This document shows, one piece after another, positions 16,922-28,237 of a DNA stretch of 64,000 nucleotides. The first letter of the stretch is position 1. Every line of letters starts with the position of its first letter. The notes under the pieces are model-generated. The model saw only the letters and a program-made list of their open reading frames with translations, was not told the origin of the DNA and ran no database searches. A program made the position numbers and the translations under genes. This DNA is from Candidatus Dadabacteria bacterium (GTDB lineage Bacteria > Desulfobacterota_D > UBA1144 > Nemesobacterales > CSP1-2). The DNA is taken from positions 480,001 through 544,000 of the forward strand of contig CAWDVW010000007.1 of assembly GCA_963805855.1 (NCBI GenBank). Reading direction: 5' to 3'.

Positions 16922-18013
16922 TCAGCTAAGAAGCTCTTGTAACTTTTCAAAAAATTTACCGGCCTTCGGACTATGGCCCTGTTCATAGGTTTTTCCAAAT
17001 TCCTCTAATAGCTCTCTTTGTTTCGAGTTCAGATTTACAGGGATCTCCACGTGTATTTTTATAAACAGATCGCCCTTCCCTCTACCATTTAGGTTTTGCA
17101 CGCCCTTATCCTTAATCCTTAGAACTTGGCCGGATTGGGTCCCTGCCGGTACCTTTATCTTGGTTTTTCCATCGAGTGTGGGAATCGCGATTTCATCTCC
17201 AAGAGCCGCTTGTATGAAGGTAATCGGCACTTCACAGTAAATGTCCTTCCCTTCCCTTGTAAAGAAGGGATGTTCTCTGACATGCGTTTCTATGTACAAA
17301 TCGCCGCTCGGGCCTCCGTATAAACCAATCTCCCCCTCGCCCCGAATCCTAAGCCTTGCACCATCCATAATACCAGCGGGAACCTTCACGTTGACCAGAC
17401 GTTTTGACCTAATTAATCCCTCCCCTCGGCAATTTGAGCAAACTTTTGTGATCCTCCTTCCTGTCCCACCACAATTTGAACAAGTCCTGCTTATAGCTAA
17501 AAATCCCTCCGAGTACCTAACCGACCCCCTTCCTCCGCAGGTAGAACACGTGATTTCACCTCCCGGCGCAGCACCCCGTCCACCGCATTCCTCACAGATT
17601 AATCTTTTCGGTATTTCTACCTCTCTTTCCACTCCAAATGCAGCTTCTTCAAATGATATCTCCAGATCATACTTTAAATCTCTGCCCCTCTCCGCTCGGC
17701 TCCTTCTGCCCGTGCTGAAAACCTCATCAAATAGATTTCCAAAGATATCATTAAAGTTGAATCCGAAATTCGCATCCGTAAAAATACCCTCCGAAGACAT
17801 ATGTCCGAAGCTATCATACTGAGCCCTTTTATTTGGACTACTCAAGATTTGATACGCTTCGTTTATGTCCTTAAATTTTGCTTCGGCGCTCGCATTTCCG
17901 GGATTCCTGTCCGGATGGTATTCGAATGCGAGTTTTTTGTATGCCTTTTTTATCTCTTCCTGGGAAGCATTTCTGTTTATCCCAAGAACATCATAATAGT
18001 CTGCCTTATCCAT
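16922..18013 (-). CDS. dnaJ: Chaperone DnaJ
   Basis: J domain with HPD motif, four CxxCxGxG repeats, C-terminal domain. Confidence 0.97.
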   Translation of the reverse strand: MDKADYYDVLGINRNASQEEIKKAYKKLAFEYHPDRNPGNASAEAKFKDINEAYQILSSPNKRAQYDSFGHMSSEGIFTDANFGFNFNDIFGNLFDEVFSTGRRSRAERGRDLKYDLEISFEEAAFGVEREVEIPKRLICEECGGRGAAPGGEITCSTCGGRGSVRYSEGFLAISRTCSNCGGTGRRITKVCSNCRGEGLIRSKRLVNVKVPAGIMDGARLRIRGEGEIGLYGGPSGDLYIETHVREHPFFTREGKDIYCEVPITFIQAALGDEIAIPTLDGKTKIKVPAGTQSGQVLRIKDKGVQNLNGRGKGDLFIKIHVEIPVNLNSKQRELLEEFGKTYEQGHSPKAGKFFEKLQELLS

Positions 18014-18051
18014 TATTGTTTACCTTGTAATATTAATGAATCCCTAAATTA

Positions 18052-18738
18052 TTATATATCTCCATCGATCAACTTTGTTTTGCCGTTGCCCTCGCCATTT
18101 GAAATTTTAACCTCTATTTCATTTTCGGCTGAATCCATATCCGAAGCGGTTTCAGATTCTCCCTTTGAAACCGACACAAGGGCAGGTCTTAGCAGTCTAT
18201 CTTTTAGCGTATATCCCTTTAACAATTCAGAAAGGATAAATCCGGGTTGAACCTCATCTGATTCTACCCTTTCAACTGCTTGATGAAGGTTAGGATCAAA
18301 TTCGTCCCCTTTATGCACCTCTATAGCTTTAACGCCAAATTTCTCCAGGCAATCCAGAAACTGCTTATGGACTAATCTGAAACCCTCGATAATGGGATTT
18401 GTGCCTCTGTCCGCTTCTGAATGTTCGATTCCCCTTTCTAGATTATCTAACACGCTCAGAAGAGATCTGATAAGCTCCTCGTTACCATAGGATATAAGGT
18501 CCGCTTTTTCCTTTGAGATTCTCTTCTTGTAATTATCAAAATCCGCTGCTAATCTCAAATACCGATCGTTGAGTTCTTCAAAAGCCCCTTTGCTTTCCTC
18601 GAGTTCTTTCTCAAGAGATTCTTCCTTAGAAAGCTGACTCTCTAATGTTGAATTCTCATCTTCTTCTATGGGCCCCTCGTCGGTTTTGAATGTGAGCTCT
18701 TCACTCTCTCGCTGTTTGTCTTTAGAGTTAGGTTTCAT
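18052..18738 (-). CDS. grpE: Nucleotide exchange factor GrpE
   Basis: RLAADFDNYKKR, FDPNLHQAV, KGYTLKDRLLRPALVSVS; ATG at 18738 with GGAGG upstream. Confidence 0.95.
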   Translation of the reverse strand: MKPNSKDKQRESEELTFKTDEGPIEEDENSTLESQLSKEESLEKELEESKGAFEELNDRYLRLAADFDNYKKRISKEKADLISYGNEELIRSLLSVLDNLERGIEHSEADRGTNPIIEGFRLVHKQFLDCLEKFGVKAIEVHKGDEFDPNLHQAVERVESDEVQPGFILSELLKGYTLKDRLLRPALVSVSKGESETASDMDSAENEIEVKISNGEGNGKTKLIDGDI

Positions 18739-18739
18739 T

Positions 18740-19771
18740 TCAACCTCCCGTGCTAACGATTTTGCTGACGATCTTCGCTGTATAATCAACTAAGGGTACG
18801 ATTTGGGCATAGTCCATATGCAGCGGACCTAATACTCCAAGAGTCCCGAGATTTTTATTTGTGCCGTAAGGAGCGGCTATTAGGCTATAGCCGGCAGGTA
18901 CACCGTTCTCCGCTCCCAGGAACACTATGGTACTATCTTCATTCATTGCTTTGCCAAGGATTTCGACTAGAAAACTTTTTTCCTCTATAGCCCTAAATAA
19001 ATCCTTTAGTCCCTCGGGATTATTAAGACTATAACTATCGAAAATTGAGGGGTGACCCTTGATATAAACGCCAGATTTGATCCCTTTCTCAGATTTACCA
19101 GTCCAAAACTTCATTACTCGCTCAAGGAAGTCACGATAGATCTTCCTTTCATGTTTAAGCTTGTCAATAACGATTGAGTCAACCTCGTCTAATGTGAGGG
19201 CCATAGTAAGTTTGTTTACATAGTCGCTCAATTTTCGAAGCATGCCGTCGGGTATTTTTCTGCTCAGTCTGATCATCCTTTGATCTATCATTCCATTTTC
19301 GAACACAATTATTACAAGAACCTTCTTTTCGGCGATTTTTATCAGTTTAGTAGATTTAATTTTCATAGATCTGATCGAGGGAAGCGTAGCCAATCCGGTA
19401 CAGTTCGAAATATCAGAAAGCATTATGCTAGTTTCAGAGATAACCTGGTTAAAAGTGCCATCCAATTGTCTATAGCGTCTTTTGATTACGGTCCTCTTAG
19501 ACTTGGGTAATTCTTTTTGGTTTAATAGTGAATTAATATAAATTCTTAGGCCTTTTTCTGTTGGTACCCGCCCTGCGGATATGTGGGGTTGAACCAGATA
19601 TTGTTTATCCATCAAATCAAACATAACACTTCTTACTGTAGCTGGACTCCACGGCAATTGATACTTCGAGACTAGGTATGACGATCCTACCGGCTCTCCA
19701 GTTTTGATATAATTATCGATGACTGAGTAAAGTATCCTTTTTTCCCTTTCTGAGACTTCCAAATTTGTCAT
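18740..19771 (-). CDS. hrcA: Heat-inducible transcription repressor HrcA
   Basis: YIKTGEPVGS, SPATVR, QPHISAGRVPTEKG, GVLGPLHMDY. Confidence 0.95.
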   Translation of the reverse strand: MTNLEVSEREKRILYSVIDNYIKTGEPVGSSYLVSKYQLPWSPATVRSVMFDLMDKQYLVQPHISAGRVPTEKGLRIYINSLLNQKELPKSKRTVIKRRYRQLDGTFNQVISETSIMLSDISNCTGLATLPSIRSMKIKSTKLIKIAEKKVLVIIVFENGMIDQRMIRLSRKIPDGMLRKLSDYVNKLTMALTLDEVDSIVIDKLKHERKIYRDFLERVMKFWTGKSEKGIKSGVYIKGHPSIFDSYSLNNPEGLKDLFRAIEEKSFLVEILGKAMNEDSTIVFLGAENGVPAGYSLIAAPYGTNKNLGTLGVLGPLHMDYAQIVPLVDYTAKIVSKIVSTGG

Positions 19772-19789
19772 GATTAAATAGTACTAAAA

Positions 19790-19818
19790 AATATAATAAC
19801 TCAGAGATTGATTGTCAA
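19790..19818 (-). promoter_or_regulatory. Sigma70-type promoter of hrcA-grpE-dnaJ
   Basis: Minus strand TTGACA-N17-TATATT, ending 18 nt before the hrcA ATG. Confidence 0.65.
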
Positions 19819-19856
19819 CGAAGATCATTCATAACTAACTAAAATAACTACAATAT

Positions 19857-20792
19857 TCAAATCATAGTCCAATCGATCAGGCTCATCGCAACACCCTCAA
19901 GAAGGCCACCGTCACTTACCACTACCTCGTCTTTTGAAAACCAATCCAAGGATTTCAATAATATAATTATTCCGGGAATGATCACATCTTCTCTCCCCTC
20001 TTTAAGACCTATTACGTTAATTCTTTCATCCGATGGAAGTCTTATCAATTTATAAAATATGTTTGATATCATTTCCCTCGTTAGCACAAATCCATTTACA
20101 AGGTCAGCATCGTATTCATCCATTCCAATCTCAATAGCCGCCAGTGTCGTAGGCGTCCCGGCCGTCGCGATCAACGAGAATGGTTCGGCGGGCATAATGG
20201 TTCGATCTTTCAATTTAGAGCTTATTACGTTTTCTATGTGATCTGAAAGATCCTTGATGGCAGATTGAGTGGGAATGTCGGTATCTATAAATTTTTCCGA
20301 TAGGTGAACGACTCCCATACTTGTAGTGACAACATCCATTCCATAATCACGGTCTAGAAATATATACTCCGTGCTCCCTCCGCCAATATCAAGTATCACC
20401 ACATACTTGCTCCTTATTTTTACGGAGTTTAAAACCCCTGCGGCAGCGAGTTTGGCTTCTTCATAACCGGAGATCAACTCCACATCAATTCCCGCCTCAT
20501 CTTTAACCCTGCTAATAAATTTATGTCCGTTTACAGATTCTCTGACGACACTTGTAGCAACTGTTCTAGACTTGTCAACGCCATAGCTCTTGATGATTTT
20601 AGAAAATTCCTTCAGAACAATCATGGACCGTTTTATCGCGGTGTCGGTCAATAGTCGCTCATCTGTTTTAAATCCACCACCCAGACGAGTAATTACCTGG
20701 TCTATGTATATTTTCCTGATACGTTTCCCCTCGGTCTCGCATATCAGTATACGAAATGTGTTAGTTCCAATATCGATTGATGCAATTCGCAT
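19857..20792 (-). CDS. Ppx/GppA family phosphatase (short form)
   Basis: IDIGTNT, ATSVVRESVNG, ISGYEEA, DIGGGSTE, GREDVI, GLLEG. Confidence 0.92.
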   Translation of the reverse strand: MRIASIDIGTNTFRILICETEGKRIRKIYIDQVITRLGGGFKTDERLLTDTAIKRSMIVLKEFSKIIKSYGVDKSRTVATSVVRESVNGHKFISRVKDEAGIDVELISGYEEAKLAAAGVLNSVKIRSKYVVILDIGGGSTEYIFLDRDYGMDVVTTSMGVVHLSEKFIDTDIPTQSAIKDLSDHIENVISSKLKDRTIMPAEPFSLIATAGTPTTLAAIEIGMDEYDADLVNGFVLTREMISNIFYKLIRLPSDERINVIGLKEGREDVIIPGIIILLKSLDWFSKDEVVVSDGGLLEGVAMSLIDWTMI

Positions 20793-20952
20793 AAATATCG
20801 ATTTAAACTTCTTGGGGATCTTGAAAATCTACAATGGATAAAATACACACGCACTGCCAAGATATTGCTCTTAATTTATACGTAACGGTTGTCAAGTATT
20901 TATCTATGCATGCTATCCATACATAATAGGGAATGTGTATCCCTCTCGTATG

Positions 20953-23034
20953 CTATGCTTCGGATGCTCTTTCTTTATTAGCTTCTTCTATTATTTTATT
21001 CGCAATATGCGACGGCACCTCTTCGTAATGGTCGAATTCCTGGGTAAACGAGCCACGACCGCTGGTGATCGATCTTAGCTCAGGAGCATATGTCAAAACC
21101 TCTCCCATGGGTAACAATGCCTTGATAAGGTGCCCCGCAGCTTGAGGTTCAACGCCTAAGACCTTACCCCTTCTTGAATTAACATCGCCAATTACGTCGC
21201 CTACTGAATCTTCCGGCGTGAATATCTCCATACGCATTAAAGGTTCAAGAAGAACGGGATGAGCCGCTTCCATTGCCTTCTTAAAACCCATGGAGCCAGC
21301 AATCTGAAAAGCTATATCCGATGAATCAACAGTGTGATACTTACCGTCAAAAAGAGTTACTTTTACGTCCATAACAGGATACCCAGCCAACACACCTTTT
21401 TTTAGTGCCTCCCTCACCCCCTTTTCGACTGATGGGATAAAGTTTCTAGGAATTGCCCCGCCAACAATCTTGTCGACGAATTCAAAATCTTTGCCCCTCG
21501 GTAATGGCTCTATATCAAGCCAGGCATCGCCATACTGTCCCCTACCCCCCGTTTGTTTTATGTATTTACCTTCTGCTTTCGCACTTCCCTTAATCGTTTC
21601 TCTGTAGGGGACCTTTGGGGTTTGCAATTCAACATTTACACCATAGGTATGCTTCAATTTTTCAACGACAACCTCGACATGTGTCTGTCCGGTGCCGGAT
21701 ATTAGAAATTCTTTTGTTTCATCATCAATTCTAAAGGATATGGTTGGATCCTCTTCTTTGATTCGGTGCAGCGATGGCATGAGTTTATCCTCGTCTGACC
21801 TCGATTTGGGCTGAATAGCATAGGACATCACGGCTTGTGGGATTGTCACGGGAGGAATGACAACCGCATTTGACAGATCTGCAATTGTCTCGCCTGTCTG
21901 AATGCTTTTTAATTTGTTAACAGTTACTATGTCCCCAAATAAAGCACTGTTAACCGGCAGCTGTTTCTTTCCGATGATCCTGTATAACTGACCAATCTTC
22001 TCGCGCGAATTATTGTTAGAAATATAAATATTTGATTCTGACTTTAATGCACCGGAGAAAATTCTAAAAACGCTTATTTTCCCCGCATATGGATCAGAAA
22101 TCGTCTTGAAAACATATGCGGAAGTAGCCTCTTCAAGTTTGGGGAATATCTCTTTATCTTCGCCCTGGATGTCTTTCACCATCAAGGGTCGTCTGTCAAT
22201 TGGCGACGGCAAAAAACGGTTAATTGCGTCCATGATAATATTAATTCCAATTAACTTTGTAGCAGAACCTACATATAAAGGAACAACCTTTGAACTAAGC
22301 ACGCCCTCACGCAGCTTATTATTTATAACCTCGTTGTCAAGAGTTTCTCCCTCTAGATATTTTTCAAGTAGCTCGTCGTCTAATTCCGCAACTGCTTCGA
22401 TAATTCTCTCTCTATAAACCTTAGCCAGTTCTTCTATTTCGCCTGGTATCTTGTCTATCGTGTCTTTACCATCGACTCCGTATATATGGGCATTCATTTC
22501 TATCAAATCGACCACTCCCGTAAAATCCTGGTCTTTACCGATCGGGATTGTTAACGGAATGATTCTGGCCTGTATTTCCTTTCCGAGTTCTGCAATTGCA
22601 TTTTCAAAACTAGATCTTTCTTTATCCAGTTTATTAATGAACAACAGCTTAGGAATACCCTGCTGCGAAGCCATTTGCCAAAACTTTCTTACCTGTGTTC
22701 TTACGCCAGGCACGGCGTTTAACATCACTATTGCGGAATCTACTACCTTTAGAGAACACTCGGTTTCATATAAAAAATTCATAAATCCGGGAGTATCGAT
22801 TATGTTAACCAGGTGATCATTCCACTGATAAAACGCAATATGTGAGTTGATTGACATCCTTCTGTTCTTTTCCTCCAGTTCATATTCTAACGTGGAAGAA
22901 CCATTGTCTACAGTTCCCAGCTTATCGGTAGCTCCGCCGAGAAATAACATGGCTTCTGCAACGGAGGTTTTGCCTTCGCCATGATTGCCGATAATAGCCA
23001 AGTTTCGGATGCTTTCTCTAGGTAAGTCCGTCAT
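20953..23034 (-). CDS. fusA: Elongation factor G paralogue (EF-G2 type)
   Basis: GNHGEGKTS, DTPG and NKLD motifs; EF-G domains IV/V (KQTGGRGQYG, LAGYPVMD). Switch I reads RRMSI instead of RGITI, and the gene is not in a str operon. Confidence 0.9.
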   Translation of the reverse strand: MTDLPRESIRNLAIIGNHGEGKTSVAEAMLFLGGATDKLGTVDNGSSTLEYELEEKNRRMSINSHIAFYQWNDHLVNIIDTPGFMNFLYETECSLKVVDSAIVMLNAVPGVRTQVRKFWQMASQQGIPKLLFINKLDKERSSFENAIAELGKEIQARIIPLTIPIGKDQDFTGVVDLIEMNAHIYGVDGKDTIDKIPGEIEELAKVYRERIIEAVAELDDELLEKYLEGETLDNEVINNKLREGVLSSKVVPLYVGSATKLIGINIIMDAINRFLPSPIDRRPLMVKDIQGEDKEIFPKLEEATSAYVFKTISDPYAGKISVFRIFSGALKSESNIYISNNNSREKIGQLYRIIGKKQLPVNSALFGDIVTVNKLKSIQTGETIADLSNAVVIPPVTIPQAVMSYAIQPKSRSDEDKLMPSLHRIKEEDPTISFRIDDETKEFLISGTGQTHVEVVVEKLKHTYGVNVELQTPKVPYRETIKGSAKAEGKYIKQTGGRGQYGDAWLDIEPLPRGKDFEFVDKIVGGAIPRNFIPSVEKGVREALKKGVLAGYPVMDVKVTLFDGKYHTVDSSDIAFQIAGSMGFKKAMEAAHPVLLEPLMRMEIFTPEDSVGDVIGDVNSRRGKVLGVEPQAAGHLIKALLPMGEVLTYAPELRSITSGRGSFTQEFDHYEEVPSHIANKIIEEANKERASEA

Positions 23035-23159
23035 ATGATCTCCTTCCTATGGGAATTTTGATATTATAGAGTAATAGGTATTTACTTGTAAAGTAATTTT
23101 TAAAAAATTGCTCAGTTTAATTATAAGGATGGTGTTAGCGGTTATAGTTCGAAAACAAA

Positions 23160-23372
23160 CTAAGAAGCTTTATTATCTTTGTATTTTCTGCGAAAACGTT
23201 CGACTCTACCTTTTGAAGCCGTTGCTCGTTCCCTACCCGTATAAAATGGATGACAATTTGAGCATATTTCCACGGTAAAGTTTTCGATCCTCGCAGATCT
23301 GGTCTTATGAACAGCACCACACGCGCACGTTATACTGACCTCTTTGTACTCCGGGTGAATCCCTGCTTTCAT
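23160..23372 (-). CDS. rpmE: 50S ribosomal protein L31 (Zn-binding type)
   Basis: MKAGIHPEY, CACG, CSNCHPFYTG, GRVERF. Confidence 0.97.
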   Translation of the reverse strand: MKAGIHPEYKEVSITCACGAVHKTRSARIENFTVEICSNCHPFYTGRERATASKGRVERFRRKYKDNKAS

Positions 23373-23581
23373 GTATGACCTCCATTAAGGCTTTTGAAAT
23401 AAAAACATTAAAACCTTAACCCATTTATCTTTTATGTTCAAAGAAAAACTATAAGTGAATCGTATAAAGCTAACATTGAAACCACACACTGGCAAACCCT
23501 TTCAGAATTAATAATTGATTAGGAAAATCAGAGAAGACCATGTTTTGTCCGGATCATCATTTATCTGTATACAATGGCAAA

Positions 23582-25525
23582 CTATTTTTCGGTGAATTCC
23601 GCATCTATAACGTCATCACCTCCGTCTTTTTTCTGTTGGGTACCCTCCGATTCCGCTGCCTCACCTTCAGCAGGCCCCTCGGCACCAAATCCGTCTTCAC
23701 CCTCTGACGCACCACCCTCGGCAGCCTGCTTATACATCAGTTCTGCTATCTTATGCGATGCCTTGGTAATTCTCTCCACCGAACCTTGAATTTTGCCTAA
23801 ATCCTCATCCTTTACTGCCTGTTTTCCTTCTTCCAGTGATTCTTCGAGCTCTTTCCTTTCGTCATCAGAAAGCCTGTCTTTAAACTCCTTGAAGCTCTTC
23901 TCTGTGCGATAGATCAATTCATCAAGTTTATTCCGATTATCAACTAATTCTCGACGCTTTGTGTCTTCCTCTTCTTTTTCCTCGGCATCTCTAACCATCT
24001 GGTCAATTTCTTCCTTGCTTAATCCGCTAGATGCCTCAACCCTTATCTTTTGTTCTTTCTGTGTAGCAAGGTCTTTTGCAGAAACATGCAGAATTCCATC
24101 AGCATCAATATCAAATGCCACTTCAACCTGTGGAATACCCCTCGGCGATGGAGGGATTCCATCGAGGATAAACCTCGCCAGTGCCCTATTATCTCGAGCC
24201 ATGGGACGCTCCCCCTGAAGCACATGAATCTCAACCGAAGTCTGGTTGTCTTCTGCAGTCGTAAAGACCTGACTCTTTTTTGTAGGTATAGTCGTATTTC
24301 TAGTTATAATTGAAGTCCTGACTCCGCCTAGTGTCTCAATACCGAGAGAAAGAGGCGTGACATCAAGCAGAAGCATATCTCTGACGTCACCACCTAAAAC
24401 AGCGGCTTGTATCGCAGCACCGACAGCTACAACCTCATCCGGATTTATTCCCTTATGAGGTTCTTTGCCAAAAAAGTCCGTTACCACTCTTTGTACGAGC
24501 GGTATTCTCGTTGAACCGCCGACCAATACAACTTCGCTTATGTCACTCGCTCTCATACCAGCGTCCTTCAGGGCCTGGCGGCAGGGCTCCAATGTTCCCT
24601 TTATAAGGTCTTCCACGAGCTGCTCAAATTTTGCGCGTGTTATTTTCATTACGAGGTGCCTGGGACCGGCCGCATCAGCTGTGATAAAGGGTAAATTAAT
24701 CTCCGTTTCCATCGTCGAAGAAAGCTCGATCTTTGCCTTTTCCGCGGCTTCTCGGAGCCTTTGAATTGCCATTTTATCTCTGCCTAGATCGATTCCCGAA
24801 TCCTTTTTAAATTCAGATATTATGTAATCCATCAATAGTACATCAAAGTCGTCGCCGCCAAGATGAGTGTCACCATTAGTAGATTTCACTTCTATTACAT
24901 TATCACCGACTTCCAGGATAGATATGTCAAATGTACCTCCGCCAAGATCATAAACGGCGATTATGCCCTCTTTCTTCTTGTCGAAACCATAAGCGAGAGC
25001 AGCAGCAGTAGGCTCGTTTATTATCCTCTTCACCTCTAAGCCCGCAATCTTTCCTGCATCTTTTGTGGCCTGCCTCTGACTGTCGTTGAAATAGGCCGGC
25101 ACGGTTATTACAGCTTCTTTGACTTCTCCGCCAAGATATGTTTCTGCTGCTTTTTTCAGCTTCATTAGAACATGAGCGGATATCTCAGGTGGGGAGTACT
25201 CCTTTCCACTCACGCTCACCCACGCGTCTCCGTTTTTATTCTTTACCAGTTTATAAGGTAATCTCTTAATCTCATCCCCAACCTCTTCAAAACGTCTTCC
25301 CATCAGTCTCTTGATCGAGAAAATTGTATTTTCAGGATTAACTACAGATTGTCTTTTAGCAGGCCCACCAACTAAAATCTCTCCGTCCTTTGTAAACGCC
25401 ACGATTGATGGTGTAATCCTGGCACCCTCTTCATTTATAAGCACCTTAGGCTCACCACCTTCTACTAATGCCACAACAGAGTTTGTGGTACCTAAATCAA
25501 TTCCAATAATTTTAGCACTGGCCAT
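23582..25525 (-). CDS. dnaK: Chaperone DnaK
   Basis: [36 protein letters not shown], acidic C-terminus VIDAEF. Confidence 0.99.
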   Translation of the reverse strand: MASAKIIGIDLGTTNSVVALVEGGEPKVLINEEGARITPSIVAFTKDGEILVGGPAKRQSVVNPENTIFSIKRLMGRRFEEVGDEIKRLPYKLVKNKNGDAWVSVSGKEYSPPEISAHVLMKLKKAAETYLGGEVKEAVITVPAYFNDSQRQATKDAGKIAGLEVKRIINEPTAAALAYGFDKKKEGIIAVYDLGGGTFDISILEVGDNVIEVKSTNGDTHLGGDDFDVLLMDYIISEFKKDSGIDLGRDKMAIQRLREAAEKAKIELSSTMETEINLPFITADAAGPRHLVMKITRAKFEQLVEDLIKGTLEPCRQALKDAGMRASDISEVVLVGGSTRIPLVQRVVTDFFGKEPHKGINPDEVVAVGAAIQAAVLGGDVRDMLLLDVTPLSLGIETLGGVRTSIITRNTTIPTKKSQVFTTAEDNQTSVEIHVLQGERPMARDNRALARFILDGIPPSPRGIPQVEVAFDIDADGILHVSAKDLATQKEQKIRVEASSGLSKEEIDQMVRDAEEKEEEDTKRRELVDNRNKLDELIYRTEKSFKEFKDRLSDDERKELEESLEEGKQAVKDEDLGKIQGSVERITKASHKIAELMYKQAAEGGASEGEDGFGAEGPAEGEAAESEGTQQKKDGGDDVIDAEFTEK

Positions 25526-26423
25526 AAATATCTCCTCCTAAAGACTCAATTTCTCTAAAAGTGTTAATTGAATTTGTATTGACATATTGTTTTTCTATGA
25601 CTGATCGAATTTTGTTCAATGCTTCTCTTTCAATCTGTCGAACCCTTTCTTTAGAGATTCCTAATTCTTCCCCAAGTTCTCTCAGCTTTTTAGGAGGGCT
25701 AGAAATGAATCTCCCTTCGATGACGCAACGCTGTTTTTCAGAAAGCTTGTCAACTCCCTGCTTAAGGCCTTCATAAGTTAGTTCATCAGCTTCGCGTTGT
25801 TCAACAATTTCTTCTTGATTCTTTCGATAGTCCGGCAATGAATCAATATAGGTTGATGATTCATCATCACCGATGTGTTTGTCTAGAGAAAAATCCCTTG
25901 AAGCAAGTCTAATCTCCATAGTTAACACATCTTTCTCTCTAACTCCGAATGAATCGGCAACGGACTTAAGATCTTCAGGTCCCAATTTGTCTTTTTCTAT
26001 ATTCAATTTCTTCTTCGCATTCCCAATTTTTTGGAATAGCTTTCTCTGAGCTTGAGTTGTCCCAATTTTTACTAAGCTCCAAGAGCTCATAATAAAATTA
26101 TGTATCCTTGCTTTAATCCACCATACTGCATATGAGATCAGTCTGTAACCCTTATGGGGATTAAATCTCTTTACCGCCTGCATCAAACCTATTGTTCCCT
26201 CTTGGATTAGATCCGAAACCGGGAATCCATATGAGATGTACTCGTTCGCAATTTTTATGACAAATCTCAGGTTTGATACAACAAGTTTCTTTGCCGCCTC
26301 AATATCATTTTCCTCATAGTGCTTTAGGGCAAGCTGATATTCGTCCTCCCTGCTGAGTAGAGGATACCTCTCAACTTCCTTAAGAAAAAAGTTTACAGAA
26401 TCTCGTACGGCAATTTGTTGCAT
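25512..26423 (-). CDS. rpoH: RpoH (sigma32)-family RNA polymerase sigma factor
   Basis: [43 protein letters not shown] (RpoH-box-like), SKERVRQIE; overlaps the dnaK start by 14 nt. Confidence 0.88.
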   Translation of the reverse strand: MQQIAVRDSVNFFLKEVERYPLLSREDEYQLALKHYEENDIEAAKKLVVSNLRFVIKIANEYISYGFPVSDLIQEGTIGLMQAVKRFNPHKGYRLISYAVWWIKARIHNFIMSSWSLVKIGTTQAQRKLFQKIGNAKKKLNIEKDKLGPEDLKSVADSFGVREKDVLTMEIRLASRDFSLDKHIGDDESSTYIDSLPDYRKNQEEIVEQREADELTYEGLKQGVDKLSEKQRCVIEGRFISSPPKKLRELGEELGISKERVRQIEREALNKIRSVIEKQYVNTNSINTFREIESLGGDIYGQC

Positions 26424-26595
26424 ATTTTTTAATCCGCGTCCAATACACTCAAACTAATCATTATAAGCTAAAAGTCAAGGGAAAAAGGATGGTTACAATA
26501 GCTATAAACGTAAAATTATGAGCAGCTTACTTCCTATTGCAGCTGAATAGTATTCCTTTTAATGTTATTGATAAATGGAATGCCTGAAGACGGAC

Positions 26596-27756
26596 CTATC
26601 TGGCAACCGACACTACTCGTGCGGCAGCTTCTTGCATTTCGGCCCCCGTGAGAATATTTAGCCCAGATTCGGATAGCCTTTTCCTGCCAAGTTCCACATT
26701 GGTGCCCTCAAGCCTAACAACAAGTGGCACGTTCATTCCAACGTCTTTCACCGCTGTGACTATGCCAGATGCTATTGTGTCGCATTTCATTATGCCACCA
26801 AATATATTCACAAAAATGGCCTTAACGTTTGGATCGCTTAGTATCATCTTGAATGCCTGCGTTACTTGATCCGAGTCTGCACCCCCGCCAACATCCAAAA
26901 AATTAGCTGGTTCCCCGCCGTAGTATTTAATAATGTCCATGGTCGCCATTGCCAACCCAGCTCCATTAACAAGACATCCTATATTGCCACCTAGCTTGAC
27001 ATAGCTAATTCCCCAAGATTTCGCCTCCAGTTCCGCTGGATCCTCTTCATCAGGATCACGCAGCTTCTCAATTTCAGGATGACGAAATAAGGCGTTGTCG
27101 TCAAAGTTAAGCTTTGCATCCAATGCCAAGACCTCTTCTTCGTTCGTAACTATAAGCGGATTGATTTCAGCAAGAGAGCAATCATTTTCGATAAAGGCTC
27201 TATAGAGACCTGTGATCAGACTGACCGCTCTATTTACTACTTTTCCTTCGAAACCCAAAAAATATGCTATACTTCTGCACTGAAATGGAAGAAGGCCCAA
27301 AGAAGGGTCTACATATTCTTTGATAATCCTTTCAGGGTGTGTTCTTGCAATCTCTTCAATTTCTACTCCACCCTCCCCGCTCGCCATGATGACGACTCTT
27401 TCTTTTTCCCTATCAATTACCATCCCTAAATAACATTCTCTCTTAATCTCGGAAGCCTCCTCTATTAATACCTTTCTAACTATCTTACCTTCCGGTTCAG
27501 TCTGATGGGTTACAAGACCCATTCCTATTAGTTCAGACACTATCTGAGGGATTTCACTTGGAGAATTAGAAAGTTTTATGCCACCTCCTTTGCCTCTACC
27601 ACCTGCGTGTATTTGTGCCTTTACGACATATTTATTCACACCTAGATCCTTTGCTATTTGTTCTGCCTCATCTTCGCTAAAAGCAACTTTTCCGGTCGGC
27701 ACCTTTACCCCGTACTTAGAAAGCAATTCCTTTGCTTGATACTCATGAATATTCAC
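26596..27756 (-). CDS. sucC: Succinyl-CoA synthetase beta subunit
   Basis: [40 protein letters not shown]. Confidence 0.97.
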   Translation of the reverse strand: MNIHEYQAKELLSKYGVKVPTGKVAFSEDEAEQIAKDLGVNKYVVKAQIHAGGRGKGGGIKLSNSPSEIPQIVSELIGMGLVTHQTEPEGKIVRKVLIEEASEIKRECYLGMVIDREKERVVIMASGEGGVEIEEIARTHPERIIKEYVDPSLGLLPFQCRSIAYFLGFEGKVVNRAVSLITGLYRAFIENDCSLAEINPLIVTNEEEVLALDAKLNFDDNALFRHPEIEKLRDPDEEDPAELEAKSWGISYVKLGGNIGCLVNGAGLAMATMDIIKYYGGEPANFLDVGGGADSDQVTQAFKMILSDPNVKAIFVNIFGGIMKCDTIASGIVTAVKDVGMNVPLVVRLEGTNVELGRKRLSESGLNILTGAEMQEAAARVVSVAR

Positions 27757-27881
27757 TTATCTAGTGCCTCCTTTTAGATTATGTGTTATGACATTAATAG
27801 ATTAATAATTGCCAATTAAGTGAGGATGTGGGACCAATTACCTAAATGATATTATCTTTACTTCAAGATCGATTAGCAGTT

Positions 27882-28235
27882 TTATGAAAAATTCCACAAA
27901 ACTACAGCTGTGAGGAGCGTTCCAACAATTGCACTTCCATAGCAAATTACTGAAATCGCGGGGCGAAATTTCGAAAGTCCTACATCGATTAATATTGAAC
28001 GAAACCTATGAGCAAAGTGAAAAAAAGGAAAAACGATAAGACAAAAAATCAAGATCCTAATAATTGGGTTCGCAACTGCTCCGTGAATTCTTTCGTAAAG
28101 AAACGCGTCTTTGCCGGTTACTGTAAATGGGATTACGATACCACTAATTAAGATTAATATAGGTATAAATAGGGCTGAAACAACTCCGCCAGCTGCAAAT
28201 AAAGACCACCAAATTGCATCGTTTGACTTTCTCAT
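27882..28235 (-). CDS. frdD: Fumarate reductase membrane anchor subunit D
   Basis: RKSNDAIWWSLFAAGG, FHFAHR, CYG motifs typical of FrdD; ATG at 28235. Confidence 0.88.
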   Translation of the reverse strand: MRKSNDAIWWSLFAAGGVVSALFIPILILISGIVIPFTVTGKDAFLYERIHGAVANPIIRILIFCLIVFPFFHFAHRFRSILIDVGLSKFRPAISVICYGSAIVGTLLTAVVLWNFS

Positions 28236-28237
28236 TC

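Noticed and set aside
17241-17822. 193-aa plus-strand ORF
   Set aside because: Antisense shadow of dnaJ with no motifs; the same applies to the many ORFs antisense to dnaK, icd, infB, pnp and the ABC genes.
25512-25520. TTAGCACTG CIRCE-like half site at the dnaK start
   Set aside because: It is coding sequence (Ala-Ser-Ala-Lys codons) and has no partner half site.
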